Positions 12,696 to 24,543 of a DNA stretch of 64,000 bases are shown in pieces (the first letter of the stretch is position 1; every line of letters starts with the position of its first letter). This stretch comes from Acanthaster planci. Its lineage: Eukaryota. The notes under the pieces are model-generated. The model saw only the letters and a program-made list of their open reading frames with translations, did not search any database and was not told the origin of the DNA. The position numbers and the translations under genes are program-made. The stretch is from assembly GCF_001949145.1 (NCBI RefSeq), contig NW_019091361.1:124001-188000 (forward strand). The letters run 5' to 3'.

Positions 12696-13120
12696 ACATG
12701 GAGTCTTGCCCAAATAATTTGGTTTTAGTATGTCACCTTTTGTGCTCACGAAAGGTTTTGTGCCACTCTTTAAAATAAGTAGGTACTCATTTGGAATGGT
12801 AACGATTTCATTGGAATTTCACCTTCTGAAAAATGGACCACAGCTTTGTAAAAGTATTGACCAAGATGGTGGAGAATAAGTTGATGAATACAAATATTGA
12901 ATGCGTCGTCAAGTAATTGAAAGGCTAAATGAAGTCCGGTATGGCATTGTTTTTATTGCTTCTAATGCCTGTATTTTTTTCAAAATTACAAATGTAAATA
13001 CATATATTGTTTAAAAAGTGTTGTCGTGATAATTTTTTAATATACTTGTACCACAAGAAAAACTGGGAAATTGGAAATGCAGCTGTTTGCTTTGAGTCAG
13101 ACCCGTTACGTTATTTTAAC

Positions 13121-13508
13121 CCGGGGCATAAATCCTTGGGGGGGTATACATGTACATCCCCCTTTCTTTGATGTGGGGGACGGGCTGTTGAATCACCCAC
13201 ACCCACTTTTTTGTGATGAGCAAAAAAATTAAAGCGGATTGTGAAAGATTTTCATGATTACCCAACTACTGAAATATTTGCAATAAAAAAGGAAAGCAAG
13301 TTTTAAAAGCCATAAATATGCCATTCCGGTGTAAGATTCTGCATGAATTTGATACACATTGCAGATGTACATCTTTATCATGACTGTCGCCCCCATGTAG
13401 TGTATATATGGTGTCACCCACGCTTTTCAAATATCCATGGTAAGGCAAGTCATCCCCCACCTTTCCTGAACCCCTCCCGCCCATTTCCAACAGGTATTGA
13501 CGCCACTG
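13121..13508. mobile_element. hAT-like MITE downstream of NEPRO
   Basis: Imperfect TIRs CCGGGGCATAAAT / ATTGACGCCACTG; flanks ATTTTAAC/GTTTTCAC (6/8 match); G/C homopolymer tracts inside. Confidence 0.45.
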
Positions 13509-13924
13509 GTTTTCACTCAGAGGAGTTATGTAATCTAAGCATTTCAAATTGGCTTAACGTTTAAAACATTCTTGACAAATTAATGACGTCAAATATTACA
13601 AAATTAATAAAAATGAAAGGTGCGTTGTATTGTGTTTGTAAGTAACTATTTGAATTATTTATGTCCCAGTGGCTGCTTCATCACTGTGGCGTATTATTGA
13701 TGGTTATGATGGCTGTCAAGGTAGTTTCTAATGAGAACATTGTACAGTGAACACACGCGAAATACTGTACATGCACCTTTTAGGACTTCAGCTAGACGTC
13801 CGAACTCTTCTATTGACGATTTACTGGAGAAACGGTTAGATTCATCCGTCGTAGTTGTTTACAACTTCAAAGCCAAGTTCGTCATTTTATGTAGATGACT
13901 TCCTTTAAACCAAACCCACATCAA

Positions 13925-14037
13925 CCAATAAGTGAGTCACTCTCGTTCTAGTCAGTCACTATTTCAAACGCACCGTGCCCCATCTACATACGGAAGTAGT
14001 CCTGTCCTCGATATATCCTGTTGTAGCTGGAAACCAG
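13925..14037 (+). promoter_or_regulatory. Candidate distal promoter and non-coding first exon for the bZIP gene
   Basis: CCAAT at 13925, AP-1 site TGAGTCA at 13933-13939, an Inr-like TCAGTC near 13952 and a donor CAG|GTAACA at 14037/14038. A perfect CRE lies at 13584-13591. Confidence 0.3.
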
Positions 14038-14219
14038 GTAACAGTGGTTCAAACTTCATTGAAAACAAATCAAAATGTACAAGAATTCAAGGAGGCTCTG
14101 TCAGTTGATTCATTGGACAAAAAGTTCGGTGACCGAAACCGTACTCATCCACGGACGTGTATAATAAAATCTGGACTCGCAATGCCCTTAATCAGCTTAT
14201 AGAGTCATTGAATCCACTC

Positions 14220-14350
14220 GCAGCCATTTTACCGAGCCGAATACAAAGCTTTTCTGTAATGCCCGCCTTTGCTCTTCCTGACGTCAATAGTAGGGAGCCA
14301 ACCCAGTCCTGCAACCCACGCCTTTGTATTCGGCTCGGTAAAATGGCCGC
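14220..14350. mobile_element. Small inverted-repeat element (29-bp arms) enclosing a perfect CRE
   Basis: GCAGCCATTTTACCGAGCCGAATACAAAG (14220-14248) matches the reverse complement of 14322-14350 with one mismatch; TGACGTCA lies at 14279-14286. Confidence 0.7.
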
Positions 14351-14579
14351 TGGTTGGCTTCTTTTTCATACAAAGGCGTTGCAAGTCCAGGTTTTTTTTA
14401 TATACGTCCGTGTACTCATCCAGCTTGTATTAGTGGACGAAATTTTCAAAACGAGATCGGGCTGTGCTCTTAACCAAGGCACGGACGCCTCGCCCAGGGG
14501 AAATTATTCCATAGACGAGACTCTTGCCAGGATCATACGGGATGGTCTTACCCCTGCACTCTAAGGCCCCCCTCTTAAC

Positions 14580-14763
14580 CGGTGGCGCATCCAGTGGTCG
14601 GTATGGGAGAGCAAAATCGGATGAAAACGGTCTTTTTTTCTTCCGTAACAGAATGCTGACTTTACCCTCGGCCCCAGAGAAAGTTTGTTGTCCCTTTTTG
14701 AGGTTTTCAATTCTTAACTAAAGAGGCAACTAATTTCCCCCACCCCCGCAGGATACGCCACTG
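14580..14763. mobile_element. hAT-like MITE remnant
   Basis: Termini CGGTGGCGCATCC...GGATACGCCACTG form an imperfect inverted repeat; no clear TSD. Confidence 0.4.
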
Positions 14764-16168
14764 TTCAACGGGCTAGCCCATTACACCCAGATCACATCTG
14801 AAATGCGTGGCTGCGTCTGTCGTTGAAGCCATTTTCCCTGAAACAAATCCCAGCTAACATTGGATAGAAGGGTTGGGAGATTCAGTAAACTCTGTACAGG
14901 TGCTTGTGTGGATTTCAGTTATTTTTCCCCCGTCGTACCCACTGACTGAGAGTGCTGGTATCGTTTCGAAGCTGCCACACGAAGGCTACACTACATGTAT
15001 AGACATGTCCACATTATGGGCAGGGTCATCGAGGGTGCATCGGGATTGGTGTTAAGTTAGTGATGAGGAGTCGATAATTTTACAATGTTTGTGAAGAAAA
15101 GTACACTTACAAGCATTACAATTGTCTGAAATCGTTTGTATTTCATTACATGTGTTTATGACTTCCCTTAGTCTTGAAGGATCCATGGAATGTTTTTTTT
15201 TCTTAAATTTACTTATTGTGCATCTGAATGCTTTTCTTCGATGTATGAGAACTGCGTAGTTTAAAAACTGTGTCTAAGCTTTTCCGTAAAAGTGAAGGCC
15301 CTGTTGCTGTGCAGGGAAGGCACTATTCAGTTTACGTGTTTTCATGTTCAATTTTGAGCCCCATATTTGCCCTTTGAAAATGAAATTTTGCTTGGTGCCA
15401 TTTATTTGCACAACAATAAATTGCAAAAAAATCGAAATTTACCACAGCAAATAAAACACATTCAACAGGTTTTGTGCTGAAATCAATTCAACATTTAGGT
15501 TCAGTGCCAGGGATGACATATCAGTTTGGTCATATGCAAATGTACATTTGCTTACAAATCAGAAGGGCTCCAAGATACAGATTAAAATAGCAAAGGTGCA
15601 CTTTTGGCTTTGTAGGGAAAAAATCCCTATACTGTGCTGTTTTTTAAATCGAGATCCAGACAGAACATTTTATGTTTACAAACTGCCGAGAGTTCTCCGG
15701 CACCATGGCCAATACGTGAGAGAAAATGAGCCAAATGGTCACGGTGTACTGAGGAACTATACTGGCGGCTGTAGCCTTAGCTATGTGGGTCGCGTTGCCT
15801 AGGAAAAAAAAGTGGGTGGCAACAACTAAGAGGGGTGCGGAACAGTGGGTGTCGGCACGCATCGCATTACGTACATTGGCCACGTGACTGTTAACACGTG
15901 ATGCGCCTTTCTCGACCAGCATTCAAAGTTCAAAGCCTGCTGCCCGAATTCGCAGTTATCTGCCAAGTCATGTGAATCTGAGCAATCTGGACTGTGTACA
16001 TTTAGACACAAATAGCTCATTCCTTTTGTTGACTGCGGTTATTTCTGGGATTCCGTTTGGTCTGGTATACTAATCGGAATCACATATTGGTCACCACACC
16101 ACAACAAGGGAATCCTCGATCGGAAGCATTACTCATCTCAGAGGACTATCCCAAACGCCAAAAATACG

Positions 16169-16405
16169 TGACTCATCCGAGGATCTGCGTAATCAAAGTT
16201 GAGGGACTGGTCTGTTGTACTGTGGCACAATGCCAAGCCCGTGCTGATGCGGACCTTCGTAGCTTCCGCTCATGGTCCTGGGGTGAATATATAAACCTGG
16301 TCCATAGTTGAACCCCGGTAGAATTGTTTCCCTCAGCTGGTATCCTTGCAGCGGTATTCGTGATTTGAGCTGAACAGCTGTGTTTGTTGTTGGTTTTCAT
16401 CGTTG
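16169..16405 (+). promoter_or_regulatory. Candidate TATA promoter and non-coding exon 1 of the ATF3-like gene
   Basis: AP-1 site TGACTCA at 16169-16175, TATATAAA at 16288-16295 and a strong donor TTG|GTGAGT at 16405/16406. The coding exon at 21837 begins with an acceptor, so an upstream exon is needed. Confidence 0.5.
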
Positions 16406-19400
16406 GTGAGTTAATTCCGATTAAATTATTTTATTAAACTCATGTAATCGGTTTTTTCTAGGGATTTGGTTAATCTGCTTAATTTAAAAACCGGAATCTC
16501 ATTACCTTTCGTAGTACCGTATATACAGCCGTGGTATATAGATTTGGGCTGTGAGATCCTCATACGAGTGCTTGGATAGAATTTGTATCAAGGGGGGGGG
16601 CTATGTCAGCTTCCTTATAGACGAATGCACTGGCATGGTGGACGTTTACCTCAGAATATGCGGGATAATGAGCTGAGATGGAAGTAAGTCAGGGTGTTTC
16701 CATGGTCTAAGGCACTGTAGATGTCGCCAAGGTGCGTTATTTCAGCATATACAAGTATACTCTTCTGAATCATGGTCTACTCTTCCAACCCCACACCCCA
16801 GCGACTGGTCACTATTTATGCGCGCATGTTCACTCTGTTCATAAAGTTAATGATATTCTGTCCGGCATAATTGAAACTCATTTTTGAAAACAAGAAGCTT
16901 GGGAGGGAGGTTTTTGTGACCTTAATTCGTGCAGTGTTTCGGGGATCGCTTCGCTGAAATAGAAAAAAAAATGAAAACATGCATGCAGGCCGCTACGTGC
17001 TAATACGAACGAACATACGAACAAGTACAAAATATTCAGATTGCTGGATGCGTAGCTCGTGACCTTTGCAACACAAAAGTCAGTTTTTTATACTACCCGC
17101 ATGTATCGACTGCATCATTACCAGTGGCTTTTATTTTTCACTTTGGCTATACAGCAGGTTGCATTTTCTTTTTCAGGTCATCCATTTTACAGATGTTACA
17201 TATTTAGTTACCCCATTTACGTTATTCGTTCTTTGGATGTTTTGGTTCGAGGATGATTTTTGAATACTCAATGAATTCAGTATCTTTTTTCTGATTGAAT
17301 AATTGTAGTAGAATACAGTTGATTTTCCAACAGAACGACGAGCTGATAAGTGCATTAACGGGGTTTCCCTTAAGGTTTTCTCCAACATATAATTAGTCCC
17401 TTGTGATGTGTTGTCTGTACGTTCGATTTGACGATTCACGTAATGAAATCACTGTGGAAAATATATGAAACATTTCTTAAAGACAAATCTTGATATTTCT
17501 TGGGACTACTCGGGAAGGGGAACGAAAAATTCATAGATTATGATTTAACCTTTTTCCTTTTTTGTTTGAATTTGTGTGGCTTGTTTCCTTATAAGTGTAA
17601 ATATAAAATGAGTTTTGGTTTGTTTTGTTTTCTAATTAGGTTCATTTCGGTTTCATCCTTTAGTTTTGGAATTATTAATCTGGGTTTCTATCCAAGCACC
17701 CTGGTAAAAAAAAATCCCGCCTTTTTAACATTGAGACAAATATCCAACTGGATGTTAGAATTTCCGCTCGCTGTGCATTGTGTTGGGCAGTGATTTTTAA
17801 TATTTTAAGTTGATAATCTTTATTTTAAAACAACCGCGAAACCCTAAAGCATTTATCCTTTCCGCGGTACGCCACTTCAGTAAACGTTACTGGGTAAATG
17901 GTGCAGTGCTGATATCAATTAGAGTTACTATTACTTTTGCTGATTGGCAAACTTACATCCCCCCCTCATCTCCTTAGTCTGGTGCTGCTGTACATAAAAA
18001 CGATTTAACCATAATTACCATTACTGTTGCCAATATTATATCTCATTTCCCTTGGAACTGTTGTACGTGTCTTGCACCATGTAATGTTGATCTGCCATCT
18101 CATGCTCATCGTTGAACGGTAGGCCTGTGTGCTATTATGGTTTTGAAAATTGACAATTAAACAATTAGAACGAGTGTGTTCTATTTTGTTTGGCAGATGT
18201 TGTCGTTAGGTGATCGATAGCCAACAACATTTACCGTGCAGTTTTCGAAGGAATTTCACTGGTCTTTCCTTGGAGTCGACGATAAATACCGACTGTTAAT
18301 GCTAATCCTCCCACCATTGAAATTATTTCCCTGTATTACTCGGCATAGCAATCACAATCATTTGTGGGTCTGTGTAAGCTAAACATTGTTGACTGCTGTG
18401 ATGTGGGACATGGCCCTTTTCACACCCAAGTTGAAAGAGTTAATATACATGTACTCCGTAGGAAAAAAAGTATGCATCCGAAGCGACCAAGATCACAACA
18501 CGTGTCAGCCGACAAATTTTTTAATACCTACAATTAAAATCATAACGCAAATACGTTAAAAACAAACAGGCAAAAACAACAAAAAACAAACAGATATATT
18601 TCCGCCAGAAAAAAAAGAACTGACTGTGATGAAGCGTTTTGATTTCCGTCCACTGAAAGAGGTCTTTCTGGAATAATGGTGAGGTCTATTATAAACTTAG
18701 CGATGCAGTGTACGCAAGCATACTTCTTTTCGACTGTTAAAGTACTTAACCGTTTCAAGCAATCAAATTTCAGTATAAAAAGACCGACAGTTTTGTTGTG
18801 TAGAGAAACAAACAGAGAGAATTTATTAAGTGAATTTAGGTTTTGTGAAGGCAGTGTTTAGAGCTACCTAGTTCTAAAGTTGCAGACATCACCTTTTGCA
18901 ACTTACTTCGACTATTATAGAGCCTTACAATTCGAGTTAAATTATACTTTTCAGTGCATTTCAGTCAGTTGTTTCTGCACTTCTATAGCTTTTCCACGTC
19001 ACGTGTATGTGAATGTACCTTTCCATATGACCTTATTATTCCGTTAAAGACCAAGATAGGTCACTTATTTCCGGGTCTACAATCAATTCACTTGAACTGC
19101 GCATAGGTCGTTCATTATGCCATCTGTGGAACTTTTATTGCTCTTCTTTATCGTATACAATATTGAAACTTTCGTTTCCCGTTAATCAACCTTTTCAAGG
19201 GAACTCTTTGGGTTTAGTTAAAGCTTTTAAGGTTAATGGTTGAAGGTGACACATCTGAGCAACGCTGTTTAGTAGTCATCTATAGGTAGGGCTACTAGTT
19301 AAGAACTGCTTTGAATGGAGAAATCAAAATCAAATTAGCATTAATTCTAATCCAAACTTTCACAAGGATAAAGAAAAAGTAAGAAACATACTGTATTTTT

Positions 19401-21849
19401 AATTGTTCCTTTAATAGCATTTGTAAAATTATTGACTTTTGATAATGTGTTTTGTGTGTTCTGAAAGTTGAAACACTTTTACTTAAAAGTACCTGTTTCC
19501 TGTTAATCCAAGAGCATATGGAAGATGAAAGGTGATCATTTAACAAGCTGTCACTTTCGAAAACAAAATAGAAAATGTATACAAGGTTTGTTCCTGAACA
19601 CTGGAATATTTAAAAACCAGCACATTACACAAGAATTGAATAGTTTTATTTAAAGGTTTAAAGGCAACTTGTGCTCTAATAGGCCTGATTCATTCTGCAA
19701 TAATTTCCAAAGTAAAGCTTACTACTCTTTTCCTGACTATATGATCAAACTGATTTTAACAATTTGCCAGTCTCCATGCCGTTCTTTTGAAATTCTACTT
19801 TTTAAAAAGCAAAACGGGTTCCCTCAGCGACAAATCGAACTACAAGTATTATGTTGACATTAACATTGCTTCTGTTTATGTTAAAACGCAAGCAATCCTC
19901 AATTAGTTTACACTGGGGAGAAGTCATTCCTATATTTGTCATTTGTAAAAACGTAATTATTGAAATATTGGATTATGTAAATGACTAAATAACATTCCTG
20001 AATATTATCTTCCCTGATGTAAATTGTTTAAAAAAATTTTAATCACTGAGCTTTTCTTTGTAAGCCCATGCATGATCGCTTTTTTGGTTTTTCTCCAAGT
20101 CGTATACTGTTGGAAGGTCAAATGTTAAAGTATGTCAAGGATTTTGGACCATGTAAATTATCTCCAAGGAGTTTTTTATTTTGATTGACTGCATCAAGGA
20201 TGTTTATGATGCCGATAAATCATTATTTTAGAGTCAACATAGCACAGGAATAATTAAAACATTCATTGTGAACCCATTCGCCGATATAATTACACAAAAA
20301 AATAATGCTTTAACTTTTTGTCATTTCTGGGCCATATTTTTATTCGAATCAACTGAAGCAATAAGCGAATTCATTCAGTCCTTTTCAACAGTTGTAGATT
20401 TATCTGCTCAAGGGAGTTAATTATCGCATTAATATATTCTTCCAAGAATGTGAATCCTGGTAAAGTGTTTCTTTAAATAAACTCTTCCTTTTTTCTTTTT
20501 TTTTGAAAAATCGAGTCTGTGTACTGGAACCTTGCATAAAGTATTTGGGACCCGAAAACAGGAAATCACACAAGAAGGACAATATTAAGCTAGGACAATT
20601 GGACATGCGGGGGTTGCAAATCTAAACACGCCCTTCCAAACCTATTTCTATTTGCCCCGCAGTGTATATGGACACTAACAGAAAATATTTTCTGTTTGCA
20701 TATATACATTTTCAAAGGGACGGATGCGTGGTATAATTACTTTAAAAACACCGACCTGATTATTAAAGAGAGATGACCCTAATAATTTACAAAAGATGTT
20801 ATATCAAATAATCGAATTCCGACCTGTGTAGTAGCATCGACAAAGTGGATGCTGAACTATCATGACTTTGGAGGCACAAAAATACAGTAATTTCAGGATG
20901 TCTTCAAGTGGGCTTAATTTAATCTTCATTTTCTGTTACTGAACAACCTTTTTCTTTTCAATAAAAAATATGCTGACGAAGTCAGCACCTTTTGTAACTA
21001 AAATGCGCGGCTTGACTGCCTCTAGAAATGAATTTTAGTAGTACTTTTTTTCTTTTTTTAAATGAGGTAATTTAGTTTGAGCTCTCTAATAAAAAATACT
21101 TTGGAAAGAGTTTATGCTTCAAGCCTGTAAGGTCCTGGGTGATGTTTCATTTCAGTACCAGTCAGTCATTATTTTTAATCATGAACAGTTGGAAAAAATT
21201 GACTCAGGAGTTTCTAGATTTAATCTGTCTTTGTCTTTTAAACTGCAACGTGAGGCATTGGGATTGTAAGATTTTGCCAAAGCATGCATGCCCCGGAACA
21301 TTAGTAGAAGATGCAGGCAAAATAGAACCTCTTGTCTCCTATCGTTTCCTGTTTGTTTCCACCCTTGTTTACAGCGGAAAGACCATTTGTCTTTCATTCT
21401 TATTTATGGGTTTGCCCTGTCACTGACGTATATACTCGGTATTGTCCAAGAGCTTGCAAAAAATTCACAAGCTTGTACTCGGGCGGGGCTTGGAACTCGA
21501 TCTCCTGCTACGTCATATAGCCACTCATGAACCGAGCTGGCCTGGGTCGGCTGGCCAGCTAAGTCAGATGTAGCAGCGGGTACCACAATCGAACAAAATA
21601 CTTTGCAATACCAAGCAGGAGCTCGTTTTTTTTTACGCCAGTTGTCGGAAATCACTGGGTATTTAGTGTCATGATGATCCCATAATTAAAAATTAACATC
21701 TCTACGACTCAGAGTTTATCTTTGAAAATATGCGTCTTTACGTGGTTGGACAAAATTTGTGGATCGCGGGATCTGAAGACTTTCCGTGTATTAAGGCTTA
21801 TCCATTGGTGTTTTTATTTTTTATGCATTATAACAGAAAATAAATCTCC

Positions 21850-23518
21850 ATGGATACCGAGGCAAACTTGGAACCACTTATCATGCCCATCGTTGACGGT
21901 GCCTGGGATCAACCTAACTACGAGATGGCGGCTACCAGCCTAGCAACAGAAGTTGCTGCTGCAGCAGTTACAACGACTGCATCAGAATCAGCAATATCAG
22001 CTGACGGATTTGATCAGTCTACCAGCCCACCCCACATGAACAGAATGGAAACTGAGGGAAACTTGCTGCAGCACACTATGTTAAGAGAGGAACTTCGTGT
22101 GAATATCATGCACAGACGGTTACAGAAGGGGCTGGGAGCTGTGCAACTGGAATGGAGGTTTGCCAAGTCAGACAAGGTAGGAACACTACACAAAGTTACC
22201 GGAATAAATTAGGAACACCTCGTACTGGCAGACGATGCAGCTGTTAACGCAGTCTTGAAAAGGCGCTTATAAAAAGTGGGTAGGGTCGAAGCTTCCCTTC
22301 AAAATCCTAAACACTCAATTGAGTCTCATGGAGGGCTGTATTGTAATTACCGGAACGATAAGGACATTTTAAGGGAGCACTGAAACTCTCTGTTTCGATG
22401 ATTATTTTGATTCATTCTACATAAAACCATCTGATCTTAGAGGTGCCTTTCCATAGACGCGTTTTCAGTGCGTGTCTTAGTCCGTACTAAGTATGCCCAT
22501 TATTTTAATCGCGATACACGGATTCGCACGGAATGGACCCCAAAAATGCTCATGGAAAATTGCCGTTATTCCGACTGTAGTCCGTCTTTAGCGTGCTTCC
22601 TCCGTGAAATGTGGAATAGGAATACATGTACTAAAATACCACATGTATTCGTTCACGTTTTGTCAAACTGGGCAAAACATGTTTGGAGAGAAAAAAGTAG
22701 GGCTTTCAGGGCTTACAGATGAGTCCACTGGGAAAAAACACTTTATCTCAAATATCCACTGAGATCAGCCCTTGGTCAAGGCTAGAAAACATCCTGCATA
22801 TGGACGGACGGCAAGTTCACCTATGACTAAGCAGATGCCTCAACAAAGTTACGGTCCATGTGTGCTCATGCTGCAGACCGGCGTAGCATCTGGGGTTATC
22901 GGTTCTGCCACCTAACATACACGCTTTAAATCATATTTATAAACCTAACGTCCCTCAGAATGAATAAAAATAGTTCGCAGTTTTTTTTAATTGCACGTTA
23001 TATTATGAGTTTACGGCACGCTTGTTTTCGAACCTTTTTATTGTTAATAGCTCACGCCAGAAGAGGAACAAAAGAGAAGACTCAGACGGGAGAGGAACCG
23101 CGTGGCTGCCTCAAGATGTCGGGAGAGAAGAAGAGAAAAGACCTTCGTCTTGGTCACAGTGAGTCCGTTGACAAACTCATTCTTCTGACTTCTGACACTT
23201 TGAATTTGTTGTTGCAGGCAAAGTCACTGTAAAGATTTATTTAGTATGGTACACTGCCAATAGCGGTGGCAAACCATCAAGAGAATTACACTAATATCCA
23301 CTATGATGCCATAAGATGTTTATTCTCGAAATCGGTCTCGATTTTTGCAGGAGACTGACAAGTTAGAAACCAGTAATCAAGAGCTAATGGCGGAGATTCA
23401 ACAGTTGGAGACAGAAAGACAAGAGTTAATGTCAATCCTAGCTGCCCATCAGCAAACATGTGGCTGCAGTCCACCCGTTTTGACTCCAAGCATAGAAGAT
23501 CTACACATTGACCCATGA
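21850..23518 (+). CDS. ATF3: ATF3/JDP2-like (Fos/ATF3 subfamily) bZIP transcription factor; exons 21850-22176, 23051-23158, 23351-23518 (200 aa)
   Basis: The spliced translation has the ATF3-type N-terminal box MLREELRVNIMHRRLQKGL, the basic region LTPEEEQKRRLRRERNRVAASRCRERR, the zipper ETDKLETSNQELMAEIQQLETERQELMSIL and the Fos/ATF3 HxxxC motif (AHQQTC). Introns are phase-0 GT-AG. Confidence 0.85.
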
Positions 23519-24484
23519 CTTGCAGCTAACTGAACTTGAACTAGACGAGGAAACCCGCATATAGACCAGACATTTTGTATATTGTCCATGATGAAACGAC
23601 GAGAGTCGTCCCATATATATATCGTGGATACACATGCATGGATTAATGACTCTCCAACGCTGAGTGTTAGAGGCTGTGAATTATAGAAGCAGAGAAACTT
23701 GTGTTAATCCACCCATCTGTTCATCGTGGATTGCGATCGATATAACAACTAAATTTGAACTTTATCGGGGATCTGTGTTGTGTAATCTTGAAACCGACCA
23801 GAAGCAAAAAACAAATGTGCCAGAGATCTTGGACTGGGTGTGTTGACCTGTGTGTCATAAACTTCAGTGCACATCTTTAAGGAAGGTTGATCCCGTTCTC
23901 CTTTTCTGCAATAGGAGATCTTTGGATCTCTCAAAGGCTTTTGACATTGGGTTCAACCTCTTTGGTTTTTCTTCCCGGTTCTGTTTGTTACCGATTGCAA
24001 AATTACTATTGCAACTGCTGCTGTCACGAGAAAAAAAGCGTTTAGGCGCTGAGTGTTATCACAGAATAAGTGAATTTAGGATACCATCTTCAAAATATAG
24101 CGGACTAGCCCAGTCTCCATTCCCCTGCAGAGTTCCCATAGACATGTTCAGTTCCATAGTTGATCGAGATATTACTGCCTACATACTGCAACTTGGAGAG
24201 GGGACTGGGTCCAAGTCTAGGGATGGACCATTATTATTTTGTGTGGACGTCAATTTTTCACGGGAAATCATGGCCTTGCCTATCCCACCCCTTCCGTGGA
24301 ATCTTCAGCCACATCCATCTTTACTATACTCAAGTTCACCTAAAATCTTAATTGTTGCGAGAAACAAAACCGTTAAGGTTAGGCACGGAGATTATGTCCT
24401 GTTTACATATCCTTAAGATCAATACATATTTGCCAGTGCAAGTCTTTCATTTACAACACACTGTAGGAACTGTATATTTTGTGA

Positions 24485-24543
24485 AATAAAATTTCCTGTC
24501 AATTGTAAACAAACCGACATTATTTTGCATTTTGTGAAATAAA
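24485..24543 (+). terminator. Candidate polyadenylation signals for the bZIP gene
   Basis: AATAAA at 24485-24490 and 24538-24543, about 1 kb after the stop codon. Confidence 0.35.

Noticed and set aside
23850..24416. 188-aa ORF
   Set aside because: It lies in the presumptive 3' UTR of the bZIP gene, has a non-ATG start and shows no recognisable domain.
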